DNA of 64,000 nt from Thermoplasmata archaeon (GCA_023256475.1 JAGDXP010000027.1:2106-66105), one strand, 5' to 3'; shown: positions 40,683-50,957, numbered from the stretch's first letter. The notes: generated by a model from the letters alone, not told the origin. Made by a program: numbers and translations.

Positions 40683-41294
40683 ATGAAATTTCGAAAACTT
40701 GACCCATTTTGGCTTGAGGTTATTAATAAAAAATATTCCCAATACTCTCCAATCAATGACTTTTCCCCACTTGGTGATAATAAACCATCTAAAATTAGTT
40801 GGGCTATGGCGAGAAAGATCGTTTTGGATAGAGATCAATATAGATGCAGAATATGCGGTAAATCCTCTTTAAATGAAGAATACCAAAATTTTTCCAAATT
40901 AAAATTAGATGTTGAGGTTCATCACATCATACCTAGGAAGCTGGGAGGTAGTGATTCATTTGAGAATTTGATTACGCTTTGCCACTCCTGCCATGTTAGC
41001 ACTTTTGCAAATGAATACTCAGGTATACCGGTTCCAAGGGACGGAATTTATTTTGAATTCTTTACAGACATTAAAAATATATATGAAAAATTCCCAGATA
41101 GAGAAGAAATTCTCATCAAGGAATATTTTTTAAATGGCAGGATCCTAAGGTCCGAGGTTGGGATTAATGGTTACCTATGTATGGGAAACAACAATATAGA
41201 AATTGATGAAATTATATCTGTTTTCAACCCAGATCTGATAATACTTAAAAATCCTAAAAATAATAAATTTATAAGGGGTTATTTATCCCCTTAG
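40683..41294 (+). CDS. HNH endonuclease with uncharacterised C-terminal region
   Basis: RD.YRCRICG...EVHHIIPRKLGGSD..ENLITLCHSCH. Confidence 0.9.
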   Translation: MKFRKLDPFWLEVINKKYSQYSPINDFSPLGDNKPSKISWAMARKIVLDRDQYRCRICGKSSLNEEYQNFSKLKLDVEVHHIIPRKLGGSDSFENLITLCHSCHVSTFANEYSGIPVPRDGIYFEFFTDIKNIYEKFPDREEILIKEYFLNGRILRSEVGINGYLCMGNNNIEIDEIISVFNPDLIILKNPKNNKFIRGYLSP

Positions 41295-41710
41295 AACCTT
41301 CTTCTGAAGTTTCTTCCACCAAAATCTCTTCTTGGCCTTCTTTCTGTTTCTTCCCTTGGATACTCTTTCTCACTCATATCCAAGGATTCGTTTATTTCCT
41401 TCAGATCGGCATCAGATTTCTTTATAGAGCCGTATTTCCCCACATTCAACCTCATGTGGCCCCTTACGAAGCTCACATATCCGTTTTCTACAACAATTGT
41501 ATCTCCGGGTGATACCAAATTCGCCTGGTCTTCCCATAGAGACATCGTCACTTTTCCAGTATCGTCTCCCAATACCGCCTCAGTTACGCTCTTTGCTTCT
41601 CCATATCTGGTCTGTATTTGTTTGGGTTCTCCAACACTCAAAACCTTTGCCAAAACATTTACTTTCTTGGATCCCTGGTTGAGATCCTTCACCTTTGTAT
41701 ATTCTTCCAT
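41291..41710 (-). CDS. ssb: Single-OB-fold single-stranded DNA-binding protein
   Basis: KVKDL, GDDTG, SLW, ENGYV, LNVGKYG; Arg-rich tail. Confidence 0.9.
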   Translation of the reverse strand: MEEYTKVKDLNQGSKKVNVLAKVLSVGEPKQIQTRYGEAKSVTEAVLGDDTGKVTMSLWEDQANLVSPGDTIVVENGYVSFVRGHMRLNVGKYGSIKKSDADLKEINESLDMSEKEYPREETERRPRRDFGGRNFRRRF

Positions 41711-41894
41711 AGTCTATCAGTCCTTTTTTCTTATTTAGGCATAAAGCCAAATGGATAGCATAACCTACGATTTAAACCTTTTCATTTTTAAAAAATTTAT
41801 GTTGGCAAACTCCGCCTAGGCATATCTATTCACTTAAATCGTATTTCGAATAATTCATGGTAAAGGTCAAAAATTCTAATATTCATAAATTTTC

Positions 41895-41938
41895 AGAATC
41901 ATATTCAATAATGAATAACTTGAGAATTATATTCAATA
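41895..41938. repeat. Two 16-bp direct repeats with palindromic core in the ssb/speD divergent intergenic region
   Basis: AGAATCATATTCAATA (41895-41910) and AGAATTATATTCAATA (41923-41938). Confidence 0.55.
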
Positions 41939-42082
41939 TTATTCTAATTTATTGAATCCATAACCTTTATTATTCTTAATGATGAATTTCACACCTTAAA
42001 TCATACTAAAATTGAAAGTTATTGAAACAATTATTTCGTTAGATTTAAATATGGATAATTTCTAACACGAACCGAGGCATAA

Positions 42083-42469
42083 ATGTCAATCGGTATTCAT
42101 ATAATAGCTGATCTTAAGGGCGTAGATAGCGAAAAAATTTCCACTATAAATGAGATGAAGAGAATAATTGAAAACTCTGTGAAAGCCGGTCATCTTACAA
42201 AGATAAGGAGTCACTATCACCAGTTCTCTCCCACAGGGGTCAGTGGAATTGTTCTCATAGCTGAGTCTCATATAAGCTTTCACACATGGCCGGAATATGG
42301 GTTAGTAACTCTTGATGTCTTTACCTGTGGACCAACCGAAGGAGCTGAAGCAGCCTTTGAATTTATAATTAAGGAGCTTCAACCTAAAGAAACGGAATAT
42401 AGGAAAATAGAACGAGGGATTGAATTTCCAAGGGGATCCGTTAAGGGAAATGTTGCCGTAGAGGTTTAG
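42083..42469 (+). CDS. speD: S-adenosylmethionine decarboxylase proenzyme family (pyruvoyl)
   Basis: F.P.GVSG..LIAESHISFHTWPE..LDVFTCG. Confidence 0.88.
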   Translation: MSIGIHIIADLKGVDSEKISTINEMKRIIENSVKAGHLTKIRSHYHQFSPTGVSGIVLIAESHISFHTWPEYGLVTLDVFTCGPTEGAEAAFEFIIKELQPKETEYRKIERGIEFPRGSVKGNVAVEV

Positions 42470-42966
42470 AAAATATATTCTATGAATTTAGTTAAGGGCA
42501 TACCCTCATCCCATTTCATAGTATATTTTCCACCTCGCGTGATTTCTATTTTTGGAATAATCTCTCCTATAATTCTGTATTTGCCCTTAAACTCCAAATT
42601 AAAAGTAAATAGCCTCCATGGATCACCTTTTACACCTTTCAATCTAAATGCATATATTGGCATTATTCCCATATTTCCTAATAGCCTCACGTATTCTTCA
42701 GCCTGCCTCTGTGATCTTCCAGAAGATGTAGAAAAATTGAATAAATTTTCTTTCGCACTTTTTACTTCTATTGGAAAACTTATATCATCCCTAAGAGCTA
42801 GAAGATCAAAACCATGCGATCCTGCCGCCCTAACAACTAAAAATGGATGATTAATTATCTTACGCCTTAATGTTTCATCTAGCCATGAAATTCCAGTTGA
42901 TTTATCGAATTCACCAGATAAGATTGATTTCAGTTCCCTTTCGAAAATATAGCCATTCTTTGGCAA
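42466..42966 (-). CDS. hjc: Holliday junction resolvase
   Basis: G..FERE, VVRAAGS, DLLA, IEVKS. Confidence 0.88.
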   Translation of the reverse strand: MPKNGYIFERELKSILSGEFDKSTGISWLDETLRRKIINHPFLVVRAAGSHGFDLLALRDDISFPIEVKSAKENLFNFSTSSGRSQRQAEEYVRLLGNMGIMPIYAFRLKGVKGDPWRLFTFNLEFKGKYRIIGEIIPKIEITRGGKYTMKWDEGMPLTKFIEYIF

Positions 42967-42968
42967 GC

Positions 42969-43931
42969 TTATCTTCCCTTTTCAGAGCCCTTCATATACA
43001 GATATCCCAAGAAACTCTCAATTTGAATAATTTCCCTTCCACCTTCGCTAATTCTAAAGTCCACTTCACCCAGTCTGTATGCCAAATCAGCTTTTATTGA
43101 ATCTGGTACATTCAAATCAAAGATTACCCTATGCATTTGCTCTACAATATCCTGACCAGATATTCCTTGCCTAATTATAGAGTCTTCCAGCAATTCCTTG
43201 GCCTTAATAATTTCCCCTCTCAATGCAAGTTGAATTACATTTTTTGCCCACTCCTTATTAACCGTTCCTGATGCTTCATACACGGCAGATGATGTAACTT
43301 TTTCTGAAAAAGCTGCTGTGACTTGCAAGATATTTATTGCCTTTCTGAGGTCACCCATAGACATTTCGGCAATTAGTTCAAGCGCATCATTATCATATTT
43401 TATCCTTTCATTGTTTAGAATCTTACTCAGTGCCTTTATTATATCTTCTTCAGTTATCCCCTTGAATCTAAAAATAGCGGTTCTGGACTGAATAGGTTCA
43501 ATAATTTTTGAAGAGTAATTGCATGAAATTATAAATCTCGTTGTTTTTGTATAATTCTCCATAGTCCTCCTCAAAGCTGCTTGTGCCTCATCTGTCATAT
43601 AATCTGCCTCATCCAAGAATAGAATCTTGAATCCGAGAGGGTTATTAGGCATAATTTTGCAATACTCTTTAATAGTATCCCTAACTATCTTGATTCCCCT
43701 ATCATCAGAGGCATTTAATTCGAGGAAATTCTCTCTCCAACTATCTCCGAACAATTCCTTTGCTACCACCATTGCAGTTGTAGTTTTTCCAGTCCCAGGT
43801 GGCCCTGCAAAAAGCATGTGCGGTATGTTCTTTTCCTTGATATAGCTTTTAATTCTTGATATTACATGATCCTGACCAATAATATCCTCGATCCTTGATG
43901 GCCTATATTTTTCTATCCAGAGATCTTCCAT
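42969..43931 (-). CDS. rfcS: Replication factor C small subunit
   Basis: WIEKYRP, GPPGTGKT, ELNASDDRGI, DEAD, AQAALRRTME; no intein. Confidence 0.97.
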   Translation of the reverse strand: MEDLWIEKYRPSRIEDIIGQDHVISRIKSYIKEKNIPHMLFAGPPGTGKTTTAMVVAKELFGDSWRENFLELNASDDRGIKIVRDTIKEYCKIMPNNPLGFKILFLDEADYMTDEAQAALRRTMENYTKTTRFIISCNYSSKIIEPIQSRTAIFRFKGITEEDIIKALSKILNNERIKYDNDALELIAEMSMGDLRKAINILQVTAAFSEKVTSSAVYEASGTVNKEWAKNVIQLALRGEIIKAKELLEDSIIRQGISGQDIVEQMHRVIFDLNVPDSIKADLAYRLGEVDFRISEGGREIIQIESFLGYLYMKGSEKGR

Positions 43932-44184
43932 TCAGACATTATATTCACACATATTAAATAATATTTTCCTCACGAAAATCCTATGCAATTTCTTTCGAGT
44001 GTCTATATTGATTTTTACCCATTTAAAAGATCCCTATTCGCGATACCTCTTTTTTAGCTTGTCCGAAAATTATAAATTTTTTTGACTTAATTGTATATTA
44101 TATAATCACTATAACTAATTTTATAAAAAATACCTTCTCATAAACATTTTATATTCACATCTGTTTCCGTGTAAGGTAATCTTC

Positions 44185-44718
44185 ATGGTTAGGAAACCTG
44201 CAAGGATGTATAGGAGACTTGAAGGCCCCGCTTACACTAAAAGAGAATACATGGGTGGAGTACCCAATCCAAGAATCCAGCAATTCGTTATGGGTAATGT
44301 TAATGGAAATTATGATGTAGAACTAAGGCTTATTGCTGAGGAAGATTGCCAGATAAGACATACTGCATTAGAGGCTGCCAGAATATCATCAAACAGGCAA
44401 CTTATGAAAGACTTTGGAGAAAAGGGATTCTTTATGAGGGTAAGACCCTACCCGCACCACGTTATTAGGGAACATAAAATGGCCACCGGTGCAGGAGCAG
44501 ATCGTATTTCAAGTGGAATGAGTATGGCTTTCGGTAGGCCAGTGGGAACTGCCGCTAGGATAAAAAGAGGAGATGTGATTATTATAGTTAAAGTACCAAA
44601 AGGGGGCGAAGCCAAAGCTAAGGAGGCATTGAGAAAGGCATCTCATAAGATTCCAACACCGTCTAGAATTGAAGTTCTTTATTTGAACCAGGCCCAGGAA
44701 CAAACTGTAACAAATTAA
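44185..44718 (+). CDS. rpl10e: 50S ribosomal protein L16/L10e
   Basis: RKPARMY, ALEAARI, GAGADR.S.GM..AFG.P. Confidence 0.97.
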   Translation: MVRKPARMYRRLEGPAYTKREYMGGVPNPRIQQFVMGNVNGNYDVELRLIAEEDCQIRHTALEAARISSNRQLMKDFGEKGFFMRVRPYPHHVIREHKMATGAGADRISSGMSMAFGRPVGTAARIKRGDVIIIVKVPKGGEAKAKEALRKASHKIPTPSRIEVLYLNQAQEQTVTN

Positions 44719-44720
44719 AT

Positions 44721-45308
44721 TTATTTTATAAAATTAAGCACGTTTTTAAACTCTTTCTTGATTATAAGATAATCCTGTTCCTTAATAGTTCTATTATCCA
44801 GAGAGATCAGTAATATCCCATTTACTCTATTTATATAATCCTTGATTGTTGAAATGAGTTTAACGATATGCTGTACTCTCTCTTGATTTTGATTGTATAT
44901 ATAATCAATTGAATCGATATATACCACACCCCTTTCCCGAAGATTTGTTCTGATATAATTGTCTATTCTTGACAAATCGGTAGGACTTACCGAGTTGTCC
45001 ATGTTCTCATAAGTTATGTAAAATATCTTCACATTTGATGAATTCACTTTGAATTTTAATTCCCTTGTAAATACCAACACTGGCAATGTTCTAGCTGAGA
45101 CCTGTTCTATTATTTTTCTTCCCATAGCATTGGATTCTTCGATTAGAAGATATGATTCTCCGAATGAAAATTTTAAAAGATTCCCTGTTTGATCAATTTC
45201 ATTCTCTAACTTTTCAATAAGTTTTGTATCTGCCCCCATGGCTTTAGCTATAGTGATGGCCCTTTCAATACCATCTCTGTAACCAGCCTGATAATCCTTA
45301 TTTTTCAT
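44721..45308 (-). CDS. DUF835-domain protein
   Basis: SYLLIE, VFTRE, VSPTDL, VVYIDSIDYI...N, IKD. Confidence 0.75.
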   Translation of the reverse strand: MKNKDYQAGYRDGIERAITIAKAMGADTKLIEKLENEIDQTGNLLKFSFGESYLLIEESNAMGRKIIEQVSARTLPVLVFTRELKFKVNSSNVKIFYITYENMDNSVSPTDLSRIDNYIRTNLRERGVVYIDSIDYIYNQNQERVQHIVKLISTIKDYINRVNGILLISLDNRTIKEQDYLIIKKEFKNVLNFIK

Positions 45309-46140
45309 AGCTTGATTCTCTCGATGCAATTATTTCTTGAATTAATCTAGCTGCTAAAAAAGCGGTATTCCCATTATCAAAGAGAGGTGTTATCTCTACT
45401 ATATCCAAGGCTATAATTCTATTAGAAATTAAATCTATTATTTCCAGCATATCCCAAGAACTCAATCCAAACGGTTCTGGAGTACCTACACCTGGAGCAT
45501 ACGCTGGATCGATTCCATCAACATCGATGGAGAAATAAAGATCACTACTACTGAAATCTTTTATCTTTTTAATTGAGAGCTCTCTTTTCCACTTAAAATC
45601 ATAGGAGGAAATATAATCCTGTGTTCCCACATCAATTTCCTCTTTTGACACTGACCTTATTCCTACCGATAGAATGTTATTCTTGCCAACAATGTCAGCA
45701 GCCCTCCTTGCCACAGATGCGTGAGAGTATATGTTACCCATATAAGAATTTCTAAAGTCGGTGTGTGCATCTATAAAGAGTACTTTTTTCTTTATCCTTT
45801 TGATGGCCCCAATAGAAATGCTATGCTCTCCCCCCAATAATATCGGGAATTTACCATCTGAAACTATACCATCTACCTCGGAATAAACTGCATCTATCAT
45901 TTCCTCGCTATCGTGGGTTTCATCCAAATCTCCCATGTCATAAACAAGTGCTTCTTTTAGATTGAACTTTTTCCTTAATACTAAAGATTCCGCATTATAC
46001 GATGCCTGCCTTATGGCGTTCGGAGCTAGCTTCTCTCCTGGTCTAAAAGAAACTGTAGAATCAAAAGGGACGCCTAAAATTACATATTTGGCGTCCTCAT
46101 AACTCTCAATTGTATCACAAAATTTCAGGTATGATGACAT
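45298..46140 (-). CDS. speB: Agmatinase
   Basis: GGEHS, DAHTD, SIDVDGIDPAYAPG.GTPEPFG; follows aIF5A. Confidence 0.93.
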   Translation of the reverse strand: MSSYLKFCDTIESYEDAKYVILGVPFDSTVSFRPGEKLAPNAIRQASYNAESLVLRKKFNLKEALVYDMGDLDETHDSEEMIDAVYSEVDGIVSDGKFPILLGGEHSISIGAIKRIKKKVLFIDAHTDFRNSYMGNIYSHASVARRAADIVGKNNILSVGIRSVSKEEIDVGTQDYISSYDFKWKRELSIKKIKDFSSSDLYFSIDVDGIDPAYAPGVGTPEPFGLSSWDMLEIIDLISNRIIALDIVEITPLFDNGNTAFLAARLIQEIIASRESSYEK

Positions 46141-46527
46141 TTAAGCTCTCATTATCTTTCTTTTTCCCATTGATTCCCAATATTCAATTTCTTGCCCGCT
46201 CTTAATCTTCTCCTTGAATTCATCAGGGATTACTATATTAAACTGTTCGAATGTTTCCATATCCATTACCAGTGCTTCATTTCCTTGTATAGATAGCACC
46301 TGGCCCGTTTTCTTCTCAATTATTGGAACTTTAACTTTGTGCTTTGTTGGGTATATTACACTCCTTTTCTGGTTATCAAATACCCCAATGGCTACTATCC
46401 TTGCTTTAGCTTCACCGTGCTTCCCAGGTTTTGACGTTGTAATTTCAACGATTCTGCATGGTTCATCATCTATTAATATGTATTTGTTCTCTTTTAGTTC
46501 CCTAACTTCTTGCTCTTGCCAACTCAT
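46141..46527 (-). CDS. eif5a: Translation factor aIF5A
   Basis: [10 protein letters not shown] hypusination motif. Confidence 0.98.
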   Translation of the reverse strand: MSWQEQEVRELKENKYILIDDEPCRIVEITTSKPGKHGEAKARIVAIGVFDNQKRSVIYPTKHKVKVPIIEKKTGQVLSIQGNEALVMDMETFEQFNIVIPDEFKEKIKSGQEIEYWESMGKRKIMRA

Positions 46528-46558
46528 GAGTTATCTTACCTTTAATATATGTGTTTAT

Positions 46559-46975
46559 TTAATTTCTTTGCTTAATTGTCTTAACTATGTCAATCTTTGC
46601 CCCAGCTCTCTTTAATGTTATGGAAATGTTGCAGTATTTCTCCTGTGATAGGTTTATAGCTTTCTCAAAATTATCTGAATTAACATTTCCATAAACAATG
46701 TATTCAAGTTTTATATGCTCTAATACCTTCGGATGCTCCTTAGCCCTTTCGCCCTCCACCTTTATCTCAAATCCCTCTACAGGTTCCCTCATTTTTTGGA
46801 GAATAGAGATTACATCCATGCCTGTGCATCCTGCTAAGGCTTGAAGCAATAATTCTGTTGGGGAAGGTGCAATGGAATCTTCACCGGATGTACTGGAGTC
46901 CATGACTATGGCGTGTCCTGAATCGCCAACAGAAATAAATTTCAAACCTTCTATCCATTTTAGTTGCGCTTGCAT
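46559..46975 (-). CDS. OsmC family protein
   Basis: P.ELLL.ALAGCTG.D, S.EKYC. Confidence 0.9.
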   Translation of the reverse strand: MQAQLKWIEGLKFISVGDSGHAIVMDSSTSGEDSIAPSPTELLLQALAGCTGMDVISILQKMREPVEGFEIKVEGERAKEHPKVLEHIKLEYIVYGNVNSDNFEKAINLSQEKYCNISITLKRAGAKIDIVKTIKQRN

Positions 46976-47058
46976 GATTACCCTATAACTTGAGGTTAAA
47001 AATTATTTTGAGACTTTAATTGCCATAATGATTAATAACAGAATTCTCATAGCCCACT

Positions 47059-48591
47059 GTGCCTTTACTAGATATAATATTTATTATCATATTGGCCTGG
47101 ATCATAGTCTATTATCTGGCCCTAAGGTTTGGAAAGAAGTATTTTGCACCTTACGGTCCGGCACTGTTATTGAAAACATCAGTGGGTATAAAGACCATAG
47201 AAAGGGTATCTAGAAATAAATTCTGGGATTATTTCTTGAGCGCCTTTTATTATATTATACCACTACTTGGCTTCCTGACGATTATATTGCTCATATGGGA
47301 GGCTGTATTGGTTCTTTCAATTCCAAAATCAGAGGCCTTGCCATTGACATATATTTTGGCCCTGCCTGGAATAAATCCAGCAATACCAATCTTATATGGG
47401 ATTGTTGGTTTGATCGTTGCGGTTGCTTTGCACGAGGCCTCCCATGGCATAGCTGCCAGGAGGTTCAATATAAAGGTTAAGAGCACTGGACTGCTATGGC
47501 TAATAATTCCAGTTGGAGCCTTTGTGGAACCAGATGAGGAGGAAGTTAAACAAAGGGATCCAAAGACAAGAGCGAAAATATTTGCTGCTGGTCCGGCTAT
47601 GAATATTATTATAGCAATCGTCACAATAATTGCAGCTGTATCAATTGCAAATTATATAGCACCAGTTCCTGGAGCCGTGGTATATGGATCAATAAATCCA
47701 AGCTTTCAGCCGGGAGAGATAATTCAATCCATTGACAACATACATATAACAAATTATTCCCAGATATTCTCATTGTCCTTAATTCCTGGAAATATGGTAA
47801 ATGTAACCGTTTTAAGTCATAATCCTAATGTGGAAATTAATGGAGATAGAGTGTCAGCCAACAATTCTATGAATATAAACGGAAATGAATATTATAGGTT
47901 TGAAATTAGGACTTATTATGGACTTTATATAACAGGTTTAATAAAAGACTCCCCTGCATATAATTCAACAATAAAGGTTGGCAGTGTTCTAATTTCCTTG
48001 AATGGTCAATATATATACAATTATTCAGATTTTTTAAAAATTTTCTACAAGTATAAACCGGGGGATACAATAACACTGACGGCTCTATCTAGCGGAAAAT
48101 TGGAAAATTATACTGTAACTTTGGGTTCAAGATACAATTATCTGCTGTCCCAAGGAGTAACCCCCTCTCCCGGAGATAAAAATCTTCCTTACCTTGGCGT
48201 ATATTTGGATCCACTAGGATTAGAATATTTCGATCAGTATTCTTATTTAAACTTGATCAGAAATCCCTTCAGCCAAGGGATTCTTGGTCTTTTCATTTAT
48301 GTGGGCCTTCCCCTCCACTTTGAAATGCCTCTTCCAGATGTACTGATGTATTCCTATGCATCATCACCCACCGTTTGGATCTTAGAAGAAACATTCTATT
48401 GGTTATTCTGGCTCAATTTTGCACTTGGACTAACGAACGTACTTCCAATAGTACCTCTTGATGGTGGTTATGTGCTAATGAATATTCCTGTACTAAATAA
48501 GAATGAGAAACTTAGGAATTACATAGTGGCTGCTGTTTCACTTATTATACTATTTCTAATAATGTGGCAAATAATCATTCCAAGGATATAG
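47059..48591 (+). CDS. Site-2 protease (M50) with PDZ domains
   Basis: HEASH, GAFVEPD, AGP..N, PDZ segment DSPA, NVLPIVPLDGG. Confidence 0.92.
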   Translation: MPLLDIIFIIILAWIIVYYLALRFGKKYFAPYGPALLLKTSVGIKTIERVSRNKFWDYFLSAFYYIIPLLGFLTIILLIWEAVLVLSIPKSEALPLTYILALPGINPAIPILYGIVGLIVAVALHEASHGIAARRFNIKVKSTGLLWLIIPVGAFVEPDEEEVKQRDPKTRAKIFAAGPAMNIIIAIVTIIAAVSIANYIAPVPGAVVYGSINPSFQPGEIIQSIDNIHITNYSQIFSLSLIPGNMVNVTVLSHNPNVEINGDRVSANNSMNINGNEYYRFEIRTYYGLYITGLIKDSPAYNSTIKVGSVLISLNGQYIYNYSDFLKIFYKYKPGDTITLTALSSGKLENYTVTLGSRYNYLLSQGVTPSPGDKNLPYLGVYLDPLGLEYFDQYSYLNLIRNPFSQGILGLFIYVGLPLHFEMPLPDVLMYSYASSPTVWILEETFYWLFWLNFALGLTNVLPIVPLDGGYVLMNIPVLNKNEKLRNYIVAAVSLIILFLIMWQIIIPRI

Positions 48592-48796
48592 GGAGCGATT
48601 TTTGGAATCCGCTCCCCTTTTCTTTGATTACTAGATCAAAGTATGTCACTGGCAATGAATCAGTACCTGAAATATCTCTAGCCTCTTTCTTGAATGATAC
48701 GAAATTTGGGCAAAGGTTGCATTTGGATATGGAGCTTAACATGAAATTGCAGTTGCCTTTTTCATAATAGAAACATAACTCTTCAATCTTTGCCAT
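48575..48796 (-). CDS. Small Cys-rich hypothetical protein
   Basis: C-x7-C-x9-CxxC; GGTGA RBS. Confidence 0.65.
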   Translation of the reverse strand: MAKIEELCFYYEKGNCNFMLSSISKCNLCPNFVSFKKEARDISGTDSLPVTYFDLVIKEKGSGFQKSLPISLE

Positions 48797-48802
48797 TTCA
48801 TC

Positions 48803-49519
48803 TCACCTTCTTAACCTAATTACCCAATATAGAGCAGGGATCAAGGATGTTACAGAGAGCAATATACTCAGATAATAGGGAATGTAATTTCCAGAGTATT
48901 GTACCACTAAATTTGAATTACCTTGAATTTGCTGTACAGTATAGCTTTCACCTTGGGCTAAATAAATCTCATTAGAAGGATTAACAGAGGAATCATTTAG
49001 CACAATTCTTGAACCATCTTGAGATATTACCATTGTCGTGCCCGTACCTGAAATCCACATTCCATTAATATTGGCTGATTGAAAATTCAATTGTGGTTTG
49101 AGAGTTATGGATTGGCCTTGAGCTAAATGATAACTTAAATTTTCATAATGAGGTAGCAATAAAGAAATTGAACCCAAAACGATCAAGATTAAAATGCCTG
49201 AAATTAGGAGATTCCTGCCTTTTTTAGCAAGCTCATCTTTCATTTCGTTTTTGACCTTGTCTGTCCTGATTTCACTAAATTTTATATGTGAAACGTAAAT
49301 CTTAGTGGAAGAGATTATGAGAAACATCATGGCAATGGTGTAAAAAACAATGTATAGTGGCATATCCAATAATCTGTTAAGATAGTTAAAGATCCAAAAA
49401 ACTACTATTAGCAGACCAATTAAGATAGTTAAAGTCTCCACCCAAAACGATATCCTTGATATCCTTATTATCCTCTCTGAATCTCTAACGAAGTCTATTT
49501 CAATATTGAAAATGGACAT
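48803..49519 (-). CDS. Hypothetical membrane protein
   Basis: About 4 TM with a beta-rich extracellular loop. Confidence 0.7.
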   Translation of the reverse strand: MSIFNIEIDFVRDSERIIRISRISFWVETLTILIGLLIVVFWIFNYLNRLLDMPLYIVFYTIAMMFLIISSTKIYVSHIKFSEIRTDKVKNEMKDELAKKGRNLLISGILILIVLGSISLLLPHYENLSYHLAQGQSITLKPQLNFQSANINGMWISGTGTTMVISQDGSRIVLNDSSVNPSNEIYLAQGESYTVQQIQGNSNLVVQYSGNYIPYYLSILLSVTSLIPALYWVIRLRR

Positions 49520-49567
49520 TCCATTTACAATAATTTCATGATAAAAATGTTTTCTTAATAGAGACCC

Positions 49568-50899
49568 TTAATGATATTTCTTCAGATGAATTTGATATTT
49601 TTCCAGAATACTGTCGACTATCTCCATGGAATTTCCTATGTAATCCAATGGATTGGCCTCTGGAACATTCAAGTTGGTTATCTTCCTTACCTCATCTATT
49701 AATCTGGTTTGATTTTTCCTAGCTTCCATTGAAGATTTCCTCACGATTTCATGCGCATCCTGCCTACTGTATCCTCTTGACACCAGGTACATTATATAAG
49801 CCTCCCCCATAATCAAGTCATTCATCATGAGGTTCTTTAGCATCTTTTCCTTGTTGACTTTCAAATTTGAGAAAACGTAATTCGTTTTCAGCATTATGTC
49901 ATCTATTAATATTGAGACATAAGGTATAATGAATCTCTCAGCAGCACTGTTGGTCAAATCCCTTTCGTGCCATAAAATTGCTGACTCATGCATAGGGGTT
50001 AAGAACCCCCTAATGATCCTTGCTAGCGAGCAAACATTTTCAGAAATAACAGGATTCATCTTTTGTGCCATGGTGCTCGATCCAACCTGTTTTTCTTGGT
50101 CAAAAGGTTCCTGAACTTCATCTATTTCTGGCCTCTGTAGATTTCTGATTTCCGTAGCAAATTTCTCTAAGGATGTAGCTATTCCTGCTATTACTGATAC
50201 GTACTCTACATATCTGTCCCTATTCACAATTTGAGTTGGACCTTCCTCTATTCCAAGGCCTAAACTTTCCATTAATTTCTCCTGAACTTCCATGGTCTTC
50301 TTTCCCAATGCTGCTCCTGTCCCAACGGCACCCATAAATTTCCCAACGAGGATCCTCTTCTTGGCTTCAATCAACCTCTCGTGGTGTCTCATGATTTCGC
50401 TTAAATACACTGAAACTTTTAAGCCAAATGTTATAGGAAGTGCATGCTGGCCATGGGTTCTTCCTATCATTGGTGTTTCTTTGTGTGATTTGGCCAGTGA
50501 ATATAGTGTATTTTCCAATTTTGAAAAGTCCTCCTCCAGGTAAATTAAGAAATCCTTCAATTGCAGGGCTGTTGCAGTGTCATTTATATCGTTGCTTGTG
50601 GCACCTAAATGAACATACTTTCCTGCATCCCCAGATACGTTTGATAATTCCTTTACCATGGCCATTATATCATGATTTATCTCTGATTCTATCTCCTTCA
50701 CTTTTTCTAGCTTAACATATTCTATATTGGCCTTTTTTGAAATTTCTTTAGCAGCGCTTTCCGGTATTATGGCCAGTTTCGCTTCTGTATTTGATATTTC
50801 GCTTTCTACCATTAATAAATATTTTAACCTGCCTTCCTCTGAGAATATCTCTTTTACTTCCTTCCTACCATACCTGTAATCTATTGGTGAAACAATCAC
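49568..50899 (-). CDS. purB: Adenylosuccinate lyase
   Basis: HLGATSND, GRTHGQHA, GSSTMAQKMNP, HERD. Confidence 0.95.
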   Translation of the reverse strand: MIVSPIDYRYGRKEVKEIFSEEGRLKYLLMVESEISNTEAKLAIIPESAAKEISKKANIEYVKLEKVKEIESEINHDIMAMVKELSNVSGDAGKYVHLGATSNDINDTATALQLKDFLIYLEEDFSKLENTLYSLAKSHKETPMIGRTHGQHALPITFGLKVSVYLSEIMRHHERLIEAKKRILVGKFMGAVGTGAALGKKTMEVQEKLMESLGLGIEEGPTQIVNRDRYVEYVSVIAGIATSLEKFATEIRNLQRPEIDEVQEPFDQEKQVGSSTMAQKMNPVISENVCSLARIIRGFLTPMHESAILWHERDLTNSAAERFIIPYVSILIDDIMLKTNYVFSNLKVNKEKMLKNLMMNDLIMGEAYIMYLVSRGYSRQDAHEIVRKSSMEARKNQTRLIDEVRKITNLNVPEANPLDYIGNSMEIVDSILEKYQIHLKKYH

Positions 50900-50957
50900 T
50901 ATTTGCCATGCAAAGAATGATTATTTACTTTTTCCATGGTTCTTAATTTTTGGAGAA

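Noticed and set aside
40683-41294. HNH protein as IscB/Cas9-like or other RNA-guided nuclease
   Set aside because: Too short, no RuvC or Nop-like motifs, no adjacent ncRNA or array visible
41711-42082. Possible replication origin, CRISPR/guide array or C/D box RNA (ATGATGA near 41969)
   Set aside because: No ORB G-string or adjacent cdc6, only two short repeats, and no properly placed CTGA box
28274-43931. Inteins in RFC subunits
   Set aside because: Both subunits are of normal length with uninterrupted Walker motifs
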